A stretch of DNA of 64,000 nt from Candidatus Berkelbacteria bacterium (GCA_037143235.1 JBAWZC010000003.1:25192-89191); one strand, 5' to 3'. Counted from the first letter of the stretch, positions 46,848-56,482 are shown. The notes: generated by a model not told the origin, from the sequence alone. Numbers and translations are program-made.

Positions 46848-49135
46848 ACAGCGAATTTCTAAAAAAATATTCACTCCTTTTTTTCTCCTTACTCGCCTTC
46901 TCGGTGCTAGTAAGTTTGATATTTTATAATTACGCTTCTGCTGGAGCAATTGCTCTGACGCTTGAATCAAATGCCGGAGTAATGAAGAGCTGGAAACTCA
47001 TCATAGGTATTGCCAACAGTTTCGTCATCTTGATTTTAATCGTAGTTGCTTTTGCTGAAATACTACACATCCAAATAGACACATATGCCGTTAAAAAGAT
47101 TTTACCATCGATCATTATGGCTGTTGTTGCAGCTAACTTCAGTTTTCTCTTGTGTCGAATCGCCGTCGATTTAAGCACGGTAGCTATTGTAAGGTTTTCT
47201 GTGATAAATGATAGTTTGGGAAATAACCTCACCGATTCTACTTGGATACCTTGGGACATGGACAACGTTGGGCAGAGTCTATTTAACGCTATCATCACAC
47301 CAGTATTTACTTTGGTATTGCTGATCGCATATGCAGTTCTAGCCTTTTTGTTCTTCATCAGGAGCTATGTAATATACTTTTTGGTTATCGTCTCTCCAAT
47401 AGCCATCATGGCCATGGTGTTACCAGTCACCAAAAAATTCTTCGATCAGTGGCTCGGACAATTTCTTCGCTGGGCATTCCTACCAGTTCCATCGATGGCG
47501 CTCTTGGGACTGATGGGAATATTCCTAACACAAATACCTAACGGTCTTTTAAGAATAGCCTACTCTTCTGTCTGTCTTTATGGTGCGATCATATTGCCTT
47601 TTCAGCTCGGCGGGCCGATCATGCAAAAATGGAGTACATTGCCTGGCCATGCCTTTAAGCAACTTGGTGGAGTTGGGGCGAGGATATCAAATTATGGGCA
47701 AAGAAGAAGAAAAATGTACGGAGACAATGACAGACTGGGCAACGCAATGAACAGTATTGGTGGTTTTATCAACGCCCCATACATGGTCAAGACACTGCAA
47801 GACAAACACAAGGCATATGTGACTGATCTCGGTAAGGCCGAAAGCAAGACTTGGGTAAAAGGCGCTCTTGGCGGAATGAGTGGGCAACTTGAGTCCATGG
47901 GTCTTCGTCATGCTGATGATCTGGCCAATAGCACTGCCATGACGGATGCCCAACAGATTATGGCTGTAGAAAATACTATTCGTGGTGCAATCAATGCTAC
48001 CCCTGCGCTTCGAACCAGGCAACAACAGAGGATGGTCGAGGGCATCGACACAAAACTTGGAGGTGCTGGAAATTATGATAACCCACTCGTTAGTGATGCT
48101 CGAAAGAACGATGCCCTTCGTAGGTACTTAGCTTCTGAATCCCAAGGCAGTCTAGCTACAAAGCATCTTGGGTTAGCAGGACTTACCAATGCCAGTGACA
48201 TAGTGTTGGCACAGGGATGGGCTAAAAATGCAATTGTAGATATACGTGGGAACAGGACCAGGGCCGACTTCGAAAGAGTATACAGAGGTGGGCCACCGCC
48301 GACGCCACCGGGGGGGCCACCGCCTCCCGGACACTTGCCAACGGGAGCAGTTGGCCAGACAACAGCCAACAGTGCTGCTGAGGGAGAAGGAGGTACTGGC
48401 AATATGCGCCCAGTGCCGGTTGTGATTATGGAAAATCGTGACCAGACGATAAGAGATGGAATGTCGCATATTGCCAAATACGACGCCATAACCAAAGAAA
48501 TATTGGCAGGAGTACAGAACGGTACGGTTCCCCCGACAAACCTGACGGGATTAATGGACGGAACGATGTCAGACGACAAGAAAGCCAGAGCTGTCGAGTC
48601 AATGGTACCAAGTCTTCAAGGCCAAGATCCAGTAAAGATTGCTGAAGCGTTGGCACTTCTAAATAGATCTTCGTCTGCAAGAAGTGGCAACGGAGATTAT
48701 AATACTGTGATGAACGAGATCAAAAATGCATTAAACAATCATGCTAATAATTCTGCTTTGGGCAGCACTGTACTCGACCACATGGGCAACAATAGCAACA
48801 ACACCATCGGTAGTTATATAGGCAACGAGCAAGCGATGAAAGAACTGGCCGGATCTGTCGCTGATATGCATATGGCAATCAACAACCTTGGAGAAAGACC
48901 AGCGATCGATCACACTGAACTTGCAAAAGTATTGAAAGAATCAATGATTGGACTGGTTGGCAAAAATGGTGGTGGCAATGGTGCCAATACCTCTATGTCG
49001 TCACTTCTGGGTGGTACTGACGAACAAGCGAAAAGACGATTTGCAGAGACAATGGGTAAGGCTGTGGCAACAAGCATGGCCAAGCAAGGAGCGAATATGA
49101 GAACACCGGCGCCGGAACCGCAGAACGGGGTTTAA
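46844..49135 (+). CDS. VirB6/TrbL-like polytopic membrane protein with a large C-terminal extracytoplasmic domain (ConG/TcpH-type architecture)
   Basis: ATGA overlap with the upstream gene. ~7 TM helices in the first 270 aa. A 'GGPPPTPPGGPPPPG' proline linker is followed by a ~480 aa soluble domain. This domain organisation matches the VirB6 homologues of Gram-positive conjugation systems. The call rests on architecture rather than strong sequence similarity. Confidence 0.4.
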   Translation: MNSEFLKKYSLLFFSLLAFSVLVSLIFYNYASAGAIALTLESNAGVMKSWKLIIGIANSFVILILIVVAFAEILHIQIDTYAVKKILPSIIMAVVAANFSFLLCRIAVDLSTVAIVRFSVINDSLGNNLTDSTWIPWDMDNVGQSLFNAIITPVFTLVLLIAYAVLAFLFFIRSYVIYFLVIVSPIAIMAMVLPVTKKFFDQWLGQFLRWAFLPVPSMALLGLMGIFLTQIPNGLLRIAYSSVCLYGAIILPFQLGGPIMQKWSTLPGHAFKQLGGVGARISNYGQRRRKMYGDNDRLGNAMNSIGGFINAPYMVKTLQDKHKAYVTDLGKAESKTWVKGALGGMSGQLESMGLRHADDLANSTAMTDAQQIMAVENTIRGAINATPALRTRQQQRMVEGIDTKLGGAGNYDNPLVSDARKNDALRRYLASESQGSLATKHLGLAGLTNASDIVLAQGWAKNAIVDIRGNRTRADFERVYRGGPPPTPPGGPPPPGHLPTGAVGQTTANSAAEGEGGTGNMRPVPVVIMENRDQTIRDGMSHIAKYDAITKEILAGVQNGTVPPTNLTGLMDGTMSDDKKARAVESMVPSLQGQDPVKIAEALALLNRSSSARSGNGDYNTVMNEIKNALNNHANNSALGSTVLDHMGNNSNNTIGSYIGNEQAMKELAGSVADMHMAINNLGERPAIDHTELAKVLKESMIGLVGKNGGGNGANTSMSSLLGGTDEQAKRRFAETMGKAVATSMAKQGANMRTPAPEPQNGV

Positions 49136-49139
49136 TCAA

Positions 49140-49320
49140 GCAAGCTGGTAAGCTATTAAATATTTAAGCCGGTAAACAAAAACTTCTCGACTCGTCAGAC
49201 TCGCCCCAAAGGGGACATTTCAAGTCTCGAAGAATAAATTGTTATGGTTCGAGCCCTGCGTGTCAGTAGACAGGTTGTCGAGAACAGCACGTTGAAGCGT
49301 GGCTACAAGAATGACAAACA
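49140..49320. repeat. Composite intergenic repeat (modules D + C + E)
   Basis: 'agctggtaagctattaaatatttaagcc', then 'gttatggttcgagccctg...gtcgagaacagcacgttgaagcgtggctacaagaatgacaaaca'. Confidence 0.55.
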
Positions 49321-49336
49321 TTATTGAAGAGAAATT

Positions 49337-51139
49337 ATGAGCGAAAACAAACCACAACCTGATGAAACACCACTCGGCCCAGTCCCAGTCAAATCTCTTT
49401 TAGATAGATTAAGAGAAGAGACAGAAGGAGGAAGTCAGGAAACAGAAGACAGGAGTCAGGAGACAGTCGAGACTATTCCACCAGTCCCCCCTGCTGTTGT
49501 CGAGGAAAAGAATCAATCCCGAGAACGCAAAAGAGCATTTTGCGACAAACAATCGTTTGTCGACTTTGCGAAATATTGTATCGATGGCGGTACCGAAGAC
49601 TTGATCATTCTGGCCGAAAAAGATTTGGCTGAAAAAAGAAAAAATCAGACAGAGGCAGATAACACAGAAGAAAATGAGGCAATGAAAGAGGGCGTGGAGG
49701 CGATCAACAGATTTATTTTTTCCCCAGAGTGGAAGACCGTCTGGCAAAAATTTGACGCCCTAAAGGCGAACCCCGAATATGCAAATATTGACCAAAGAAA
49801 AAAAGATATTCAGCAAGCGATTCTGATGCCAGTGATCAACGGGCACTTGACCGCACAGGACGCCGCAAATTTGGTCTCTGGTGTTGATATCTTGCCTGAA
49901 AATAATACTGGCGACTCGACCCAAAGCCATGGTTACGATGGCATTCTTTTCTATTCCCCTAGCAGCCGCAAGATATTGATCGCCGAACGAGCGCTCAAAG
50001 ACAAATATACCGAAAATCGAAACGGCACAGAAGTTGAGATAAAGTTGAACTTTGGTCATATGATCTCGCACGAGATGGGTCATGGTCTGACGGCTGAGGC
50101 GGGAGCCACACCACGAACAAGCGCCGAACTGGCGAAGCAAATAACTGATAAAGAGCCGAATTTTACTTCCAAGATGCTTTCCGAAGCTCGAAAGATGATC
50201 GACAATGCGGCGATATACAAAGACGCACAGCCGATGCATGTCAAAACTGTATTGGAAGGACTTTCAAACATCGGCGAGCAATATGACAAGATGACTGATC
50301 CTGAGAAACAAAAAGTTGGCACACTGGAGAATTATACGAACATACGCAAAATTATGGCGGCAGACGAGATTATCACCGACTACACCGCCGTCTTTTTGCA
50401 AACCGATGGCAGTTTTGCCGACTTCGCTGAGAAATGTATCTTGGTGGCCGACAAAGATGGTCTGTCGAGGTATTTGGCTGGGCCGATCGCAGGAGAAAAT
50501 ATTGACGCAACAGCTTTTGCCCTTGGCAAGTTGCGACAGATCAATGGTGAGCTAACCGCAGCTGAGAAGAAAGAACAAGCGACAGACGATGAAAACTTTG
50601 CTCGCGAAAACCCAGAAAATGCTGGATATCTGCTTCGCGAAACCAGAGAAGATGTTTTGAAAAAATATCCAGAGATCAGCCGATTGCTTGAATCCTATCA
50701 AGCTTTTTATGGAGATATAGTGGACATGAAGGGCAAAACTAGGGGCAAGATCACGATGGGCCAAGGGACCGAAGACGACGATATGATCTCCGAAGGCTAC
50801 GGCGGCGGTTTTGATGGTGGCAGAAGTATGGGCGGTAGTGGCAATGATGGCATCGCCATGGCGAACGATCTCCTCGGTATCGCACATCACCTTCTGTCTG
50901 GCGTTGGCGTGGTAACTGGTAGCGAGATGCAAATCAGGGGCGGACAGACCGCGGGTGCAGGAGCGCCAATTATTCCAAGCGAACAAAGATCAATTCCGAG
51001 TGTCGAAGGAACTATGACGGCAGAGCAAATTGAGGCAGCCAAAAAGGAGAAAGAAGAAAAAGAACGATTGGCGAAAGAAAAAGAAGAGACAGAAAAAGCC
51101 GCAGCTACGAGTCCGGAAAGTAACAAGCCGGCAGGATAG
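49337..51139 (+). CDS. Acidic soluble protein with an HExxH zincin-like motif and a Lys/Glu-rich C-terminal tail
   Basis: 'NFGHMISHEMGHGL' (HExxH) sits mid-protein. No signal peptide or TM helix. The C-terminus has 'EKEEKERLAKEKEETEK'. No family assignment is possible by eye. Confidence 0.35.
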   Translation: MSENKPQPDETPLGPVPVKSLLDRLREETEGGSQETEDRSQETVETIPPVPPAVVEEKNQSRERKRAFCDKQSFVDFAKYCIDGGTEDLIILAEKDLAEKRKNQTEADNTEENEAMKEGVEAINRFIFSPEWKTVWQKFDALKANPEYANIDQRKKDIQQAILMPVINGHLTAQDAANLVSGVDILPENNTGDSTQSHGYDGILFYSPSSRKILIAERALKDKYTENRNGTEVEIKLNFGHMISHEMGHGLTAEAGATPRTSAELAKQITDKEPNFTSKMLSEARKMIDNAAIYKDAQPMHVKTVLEGLSNIGEQYDKMTDPEKQKVGTLENYTNIRKIMAADEIITDYTAVFLQTDGSFADFAEKCILVADKDGLSRYLAGPIAGENIDATAFALGKLRQINGELTAAEKKEQATDDENFARENPENAGYLLRETREDVLKKYPEISRLLESYQAFYGDIVDMKGKTRGKITMGQGTEDDDMISEGYGGGFDGGRSMGGSGNDGIAMANDLLGIAHHLLSGVGVVTGSEMQIRGGQTAGAGAPIIPSEQRSIPSVEGTMTAEQIEAAKKEKEEKERLAKEKEETEKAAATSPESNKPAG

Positions 51140-51149
51140 AAAGATGAAC

Positions 51150-51470
51150 AGTTTTTAAGTGTTTAAGCCAGACAGTGAAAACAGGTCACTTTGCTAAGGC
51201 TGTTCTCCACGAGGTCGAACCATAACTAGTACCACGGCATTCTTATTGTTATTCTTCGAGCGAGCCTTGCGAGTCGAGAAGTAATGATAGATTGCCGCGC
51301 CTGCCTGCCGGTAGGTAGGTCGAAGACTTCTCGCAATGACAAACAGTTCTGTCCTTCCTGCGCAGGCAGGAATCTAGATATAATAGCAACTTCAGAATAT
51401 GCTCTCCTAGGCGCTCACGCGACGACGGGATTCCTGCCTACGCAGGAATGACACAGGGATAGGTGGAAAA
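51150..51470. repeat. Composite intergenic repeat cluster (modules D, C inverted, B inverted, A)
   Basis: 51195-51260 is the reverse complement of module C. 51283-51345 is the reverse complement of 36785-36840. 51350-51460 holds 'cctgcgcaggcaggaatc ... gggattcctgcctacgcaggaatgaca' inverted repeats. Confidence 0.6.
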
Positions 51471-51689
51471 GTATAACAATGTTTAAGTGTTTAAGCCGAA
51501 TAATTTACTAGTTGATAGTTTTATAATTTTTGCTGTTGCAATTAAAATTGTGTTACAATAACAGGTAGTTAATGTGCACAGTTTTATAGTATAGAATGCG
51601 CCAAAAAGTTTCGTCCCACTTCGCCTAGAAGCTTCGCGGGACCAAAACAATTACTTTAGATTTCGTTAGTGTAGTTTTGGGAGGGGTTC

Positions 51690-52088
51690 TTGAGATACAA
51701 AGTTCCACAAAATATCGACATGCAAGACAGGGTCATCGGTCCCCTTACCATGACTCAATTTGTGTATGTCATCATCGGCACTGGTTTGTCATACAGTGTT
51801 TGGACAGCTCTGCCCTCGCCGATCGGTCTTGGGATTGCTATTCCTTTGCTTTTACTCACCTTTTGCATCGGCTTTATCAAAATAAACGAGCGACCTTTTT
51901 GGGTATTTCTAGCTTCAATCTTGGGCTATATGAGCACCCCACGACAGAGAGTTTGGCAACACGATGCCAACGGCTCAATGAGAGTGGAGATCTATACTCC
52001 GATAAAATCACAAGTTACCGCAGCTCCAACCAAAAATATCAGTCACGAAGAAATCAGTCGCATCGCCCAGATGAATGACAGACGATAA
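51690..52088 (+). CDS. PrgI/TcpE-like small membrane protein (VirB3 analogue of Gram-positive T4SS)
   Basis: 132 aa with two TM helices ('FVYVIIGTGLSYSVW', 'IGLGIAIPLLLLTFCIGFI') after 'QDRVIGPLTMTQ'. It lies immediately upstream of the VirB4 gene, as in the prgI-prgJ and tcpE-tcpF pairs. The alternative-frame ORF at 51677-52078 is rejected. Confidence 0.55.
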   Translation: MRYKVPQNIDMQDRVIGPLTMTQFVYVIIGTGLSYSVWTALPSPIGLGIAIPLLLLTFCIGFIKINERPFWVFLASILGYMSTPRQRVWQHDANGSMRVEIYTPIKSQVTAAPTKNISHEEISRIAQMNDRR

Positions 52089-52217
52089 TAAAATTAGTTT
52101 AATTAGTTACATTAGCCATTCGTATTAATTGAGAATCGCAAGAAAATTAGCTTAATTCGCCCAATTGGTCATTTGTATTGAATCATTCGTATTGAAACAT
52201 TAGTTATTCGTATCGCC

Positions 52218-53162
52218 ATGAACAATCCTTCAACCCAACAACAGATTGAGATCGCCGGTATCAAAAACGGTGTCGTGATTATGAAAGACTTGAGCTACCG
52301 CATCGTTTTGGAGGTGGCTTCGATCAATTTCAACTTGAAAAGCGAGATGGAACAAAACTCGATCGTTTTTCAGTATCAAGGTTTCTTGAACGCTCTCCAT
52401 TTCCCGATCGAGATTGTCGTTCGCTCCAAAAGACTCGATCTCACTCCATATCTAAATCATTTGAAAGATATTGGCGAAAAACAACAGAACGAACTTATTC
52501 GCTCTCAGACTCTTGATTATGTGAATTTTGTCGGCCAGCTGATCGATATCGCCAATATTATGAAAAAAAGTTTCTATATTGTCGTTCCCTACTCGCCGAT
52601 GAATTTACCGAACGCTAATCTTTTTGACAAAATCTTTGGTACGGGCAAAAATCCACAGACAAACTTGCGCATCACTGACAAGGACTTCAAGGCTAATGTG
52701 ACCAAATTGACCGAGAGAGCAAACATCGTTGCCTCGGGCATCGGCTCGATCGGATTGCGCTGCACTCAGTTAAATACCGAGGCATTGATCGAACTTTTTT
52801 ACGGTGTTTACAATCCAGCCGAGTCCGGCAGGGAGCGACTAACTGATTTTTCAACTGTTTCTTCGCCGGTGATTAGCAACGGTTCAGCAACACCAGATAT
52901 GTCAAATCGAGCGGCGATGACGGAGATCGGCATGATCGACAATGTGGCTCAGGTCAAGGAGCAACAAAAGCTTGATGCTAGCGCCAAACAAGCGAAGGAA
53001 CAAAAAACTGAAGAAAAAGTCCAAGGATACGAACAGTTCAAGACTCCAGAGTTTTTGGATCTAGAAACACAAACTCAGGCAGGAGAGATCACGCCACAAG
53101 TCCCAGATAAGACATCAGCGACTCCTCCAGCAACAACAGATAACAATAATCAGGCGGTATAA
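52218..53162 (+). CDS. Conjugation-ATPase N-terminal-domain-like protein (resembles the extra N-terminal domain of ConE/TcpF-type VirB4s). Separated from the VirB4 core by a single in-frame TAA.
   Basis: 'IEIAGIKNGVVIMKDLSYRIVLEVASINFNLKSEMEQNSIVFQYQGFLNALHFPIEIVVRSK' resembles the N-terminal region of Gram-positive VirB4 homologues, but this rests on recalled similarity. The C-terminus is a Q/E/K/T-rich linker. It is in the same frame as 53163-55022. Confidence 0.4.
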   Translation: MNNPSTQQQIEIAGIKNGVVIMKDLSYRIVLEVASINFNLKSEMEQNSIVFQYQGFLNALHFPIEIVVRSKRLDLTPYLNHLKDIGEKQQNELIRSQTLDYVNFVGQLIDIANIMKKSFYIVVPYSPMNLPNANLFDKIFGTGKNPQTNLRITDKDFKANVTKLTERANIVASGIGSIGLRCTQLNTEALIELFYGVYNPAESGRERLTDFSTVSSPVISNGSATPDMSNRAAMTEIGMIDNVAQVKEQQKLDASAKQAKEQKTEEKVQGYEQFKTPEFLDLETQTQAGEITPQVPDKTSATPPATTDNNNQAV

Positions 53163-55022
53163 ATGGCAGACACAAATAACAACCAAAATCAGCCAGTTCC
53201 AACTCCAGCACCAGTCCCATCACCACGAGAGATGGCACAGGCAAATATTGCCCAGCGTGAAGCTGGTCGACCAGTGGTTGCAATTCCGACTGCACAAACA
53301 GACCAGTACAAAAAAGGTGTGACATCAGTCCCTGACATTATCGCCCCCGCCTCTTTTGTAGTCGAACAAAACTATATTCAGCTTGGCAATAAATTTGTCA
53401 AAACACTTTTTGTTTTCACTTATCCGCGATATTTGGAAACGAACTGGCTCTCCCCGATCATCAACTATGATCTTTCGATGGACATCGGGATGTATATTCA
53501 TCCGCTGGAGACCAAAGATGTCATGACCGACCTGAAAAACCAGCTCGGCAAGCTCGAGTCTACTTCGAGGATTGAACAGGAAAAAGGCACGCCGAGAGAT
53601 CCTGAGATTGAGACTGCTTTGGGTGATATTGAAGCGCTCCGAGATGTCTTGCAGCGCGGCGAGGTTCGCCTATTTCAATTTGGTCTGTACTTTACCATCT
53701 ACGCCAACTCGATCGAGGAATTGAAAACGATTACTGATCAGCTAGAGTCTACTCTCGGGGGCATCCTTGTTTACACCAAAGAAGCACTTTTCCAGATGGA
53801 ACAGGGTTTTACCGCGACTTTACCTCTCTTTTCAGACAAACTTGGCATCTTGCGCAACCTTGATACTGGTTCACTCTCTTCGACATTCCCCTTCGTCTCC
53901 TCTGATCTGACGCAGGAAGATGGCGTGCTGTACGGTATCAACAAGCACAACAATTCGTTGATCATTTTCGACCGCTTTAGCCTAGAAAATGCGAACTCTA
54001 TCGTCTTTGCAAAGTCTGGCTCGGGTAAAAGTTATTTTGTGAAACTTGAGGCTCTGCGCTACCTGATGATGGGTATCGATGTCATTGTGATCGACCCAGA
54101 AAATGAGTACAAACCGCTCTGTGAAGCTTTCAACGGCAGCTATCTCGAGATTTCGCTCAACTCTGACAAACGAATTAACCCTTTTGACCTGCCGATCAAT
54201 ACGGACGAGTCTGGTGAAGATGTCTTGCGTTCAAATATTGCCTCACTTCACGGCCTGATCAATGTGATGGCTGGCGGGTTGACTCCAGAGGAAGATGCTT
54301 TGGTCGACAAGGCTCTTTACGAGACCTACGCACTCAAGGATATTACGACAGACCCAGAAAGTCAGCGAAACGAAGTGCCACTGATGCAAGATTTTTACAA
54401 TATATTATCTGGTATGCAAGGTTCAGATTCACTTCGCGCTAGACTATCAAAATTTGTCGAGGGAACTTTTGCCAATCTGTACAATCAACGCACCAATTTT
54501 GATCTCAAGCCTGGTTTTGTTGTCTTTTCGGTTCGTGATCTCGATGAACAACTAAGGCCAATCGCCATCTATACTATTCTCGACTACATCTGGACCAAGA
54601 TCAGGATGAATCTCCGCAAAAGACTGATGATTGTTGATGAGGCTTGGTGGATGATGCAATACGATGACTCAGCGAAGTTTTTGCAGGGTTTGGCCAAAAG
54701 AGCACGAAAATATTATCTTGGTCTCACAATCATCTCACAGGATATTGAGGACTTTCTGTCGAGTCGTTACGGCAAGGCCGTGGTAGCCAACTCGTCGATG
54801 CAAATATTGATGAAACAGTCGACCGCTTCGATCAAGGCCGTGACTGATGTTTTTAATCTAACCGAAGGCGAACAATACATCCTACTCGAGTCAGAAGTTG
54901 GCGAAGGACTCTTTTTTGCTGGGCAAAACCATGTCGCCTTCAAGGCGATCGCCTCCTTTGTCGAAGACCAAATCATTAACACTGATCCGCGTCGTCTAAG
55001 CCAAAACAATGATGAACTTTAA
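53163..55022 (+). CDS. VirB4/TrbE/ConE-family T4SS ATPase
   Basis: The N-terminal region '...QLGNKFVKTLFVFTYPRYLETNWLSPIINYDLSMDIGMYIHP' is a VirB4 signature. Walker A is 'FAKSGSGKS'. Walker B is 'RLMIVDEAWWMM'. Confidence 0.8.
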   Translation: MADTNNNQNQPVPTPAPVPSPREMAQANIAQREAGRPVVAIPTAQTDQYKKGVTSVPDIIAPASFVVEQNYIQLGNKFVKTLFVFTYPRYLETNWLSPIINYDLSMDIGMYIHPLETKDVMTDLKNQLGKLESTSRIEQEKGTPRDPEIETALGDIEALRDVLQRGEVRLFQFGLYFTIYANSIEELKTITDQLESTLGGILVYTKEALFQMEQGFTATLPLFSDKLGILRNLDTGSLSSTFPFVSSDLTQEDGVLYGINKHNNSLIIFDRFSLENANSIVFAKSGSGKSYFVKLEALRYLMMGIDVIVIDPENEYKPLCEAFNGSYLEISLNSDKRINPFDLPINTDESGEDVLRSNIASLHGLINVMAGGLTPEEDALVDKALYETYALKDITTDPESQRNEVPLMQDFYNILSGMQGSDSLRARLSKFVEGTFANLYNQRTNFDLKPGFVVFSVRDLDEQLRPIAIYTILDYIWTKIRMNLRKRLMIVDEAWWMMQYDDSAKFLQGLAKRARKYYLGLTIISQDIEDFLSSRYGKAVVANSSMQILMKQSTASIKAVTDVFNLTEGEQYILLESEVGEGLFFAGQNHVAFKAIASFVEDQIINTDPRRLSQNNDEL

Positions 55023-56289
55023 GAGGAAATTAAAGGGAAATATTGCTTGGACTCTCGCTGCTGCTGTCGGACTGCTGATGATCTCAACCTTCGCTCTGGC
55101 GATTTCTTTTTCACCACTCGCCCTCTTTAAGGGTGGAGATCCAGTGAAAGGAACAAGTGGTTACGCTGGCGGCGTTGGAGGAGGATGCTCTGTGCCTGAC
55201 AAAATACTTTCGGACACCATTACTTACAATACGGCTGATAAAATAATCGCAAGCGTCGGCGGAAAATACACGGATATTCTAAGTGCCCCAGACAGAAAAG
55301 AAAAACTTAATATTGTAGTCACTGAAGCGCTAAATCATAATGTTAATCCAGCAATTCTAACTGCAATGTGGGTTGCTGAGGCTAGTGCGGCAGCCGAACA
55401 CGACGACGCAGCCTTTGGTTATGGGGTATACGGCGGAGTAAACCGATATCCAGGATTCAACAAACAAACGGCAGGTGGGGCCTCACTGATCAGAAAAGCT
55501 GTAGATAATGTGGCACCATATAATGAACCGTCTGGAGAAAATGCTTGGACCAGACTGTTCTACAACTATGTCGCTGCTGCAATGAAGGATTCTTATGATG
55601 AAAAAGGATATGTCTCAGATGCAGACGAAGCAAGATATGTGATTATAAAAAGATTTTACCCATCAGAAGCAACTTGTACAAAATCACCAATAATGATGCC
55701 GGGAAGCGTTGACGGCACAAAAGCAGAGGTTATCAAGAGAATCAATGCGACCGCTGGAGGGTCAGGAACTTGCAGTAGCGTAAACCTTGAGGCGAGAGCT
55801 GGTAGCTACAGCAGTGATCTAGATGAAATTACTGTCAGGATATGGAAGTACAATGGAGGGAGTGCTCCAATTGATAGTTCTATGGTGTTAACTGTCAATC
55901 CAAACTGTACCGAGGTTATCAAAGCGATTTTTACTGACATTTACAACGACCCAAGCCACCCTCAGATTGACCCTAGTCAGACAACCTGTGCCGCCAGCAG
56001 AGACAGACGCTCAAATCACGTTATCGGCGCTGCTTGCGATGTCAATGCTGACCAAAACTGGTGCGCGCCAAATTGCTACAACAAGACCAATAACAAAATT
56101 GGAGATTATTGGAAGCCAGGCGACGAAAGTCCCAATAAAGAATTTAAAGCTTGGAGCGAGGGATATGATCCTAGATCCATCGGCATAAACAGCCCTATCG
56201 CCAATGCTTTTAGAAAACATAACTGGGGCAGAGGTCTTTACAGGGACAACTTTGACGACATGATGCATTTTAGTTTTGATGGGCACTAA
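55009..56289 (+). CDS. Membrane-anchored cell-wall hydrolase (M15/LAS-type peptidase motif at the C-terminus; N-terminal domain possibly lysozyme-like)
   Basis: N-terminal TM/signal anchor. 'SNHVIGAACDV' fits the S-x-H-x-x-G-x-A-x-D zinc site of VanY/M15 peptidases. Its position next to VirB4 parallels CwlT, TcpG and PrgK. Confidence 0.45.
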   Translation: MMNFKRKLKGNIAWTLAAAVGLLMISTFALAISFSPLALFKGGDPVKGTSGYAGGVGGGCSVPDKILSDTITYNTADKIIASVGGKYTDILSAPDRKEKLNIVVTEALNHNVNPAILTAMWVAEASAAAEHDDAAFGYGVYGGVNRYPGFNKQTAGGASLIRKAVDNVAPYNEPSGENAWTRLFYNYVAAAMKDSYDEKGYVSDADEARYVIIKRFYPSEATCTKSPIMMPGSVDGTKAEVIKRINATAGGSGTCSSVNLEARAGSYSSDLDEITVRIWKYNGGSAPIDSSMVLTVNPNCTEVIKAIFTDIYNDPSHPQIDPSQTTCAASRDRRSNHVIGAACDVNADQNWCAPNCYNKTNNKIGDYWKPGDESPNKEFKAWSEGYDPRSIGINSPIANAFRKHNWGRGLYRDNFDDMMHFSFDGH

Positions 56290-56344
56290 ACTCAGACAAT
56301 ATCCTCTGGGCAGTTGCCTACTAATTGAAGTATAATGAAGACAA

Positions 56345-56455
56345 GGGCAACAAATAAGCTGGTGAGCGTTTAAGCTAGTAACTCTCCATTTAAACCGTAG
56401 CTCAAGCTTTAGCTTGTGAAATACAACACGCTGAAGCGTGGTCTACAGGTGGGTG
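56345..56455. repeat. Intergenic repeat (modules D + E)
   Basis: 'agctggtgagcgtttaagc ... gtagctcaagctttagcttgtgaaatacaacacgctgaagcgtggtctacag' is ~90% identical to 31905-31950. Confidence 0.55.
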
Positions 56456-56482
56456 GGTAAGCAGAACAAATAATACAAAAAA

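Noticed and set aside
48073-48579. 168-aa minus-strand ORF (Gly/Pro-rich) inside the VirB6-like gene
   Set aside because: It is the antisense shadow of the proline-rich linker (GGPPPTPPGGPPPPG) of the plus-strand gene.
51677-52078. Alternative-frame 133-aa ORF overlapping the PrgI-like gene
   Set aside because: The 51690 frame yields a clean two-TM PrgI-like protein. The 51677 frame yields a His/Cys/Arg-rich, non-hydrophobic product.
32756-56455. CRISPR array hypothesis for the dense repeats
   Set aside because: The repeats are heterogeneous modules in both orientations, irregularly spaced at kilobase distances, and often palindromic with TIRs. There is no uniform direct repeat with short unique spacers and no cas genes.
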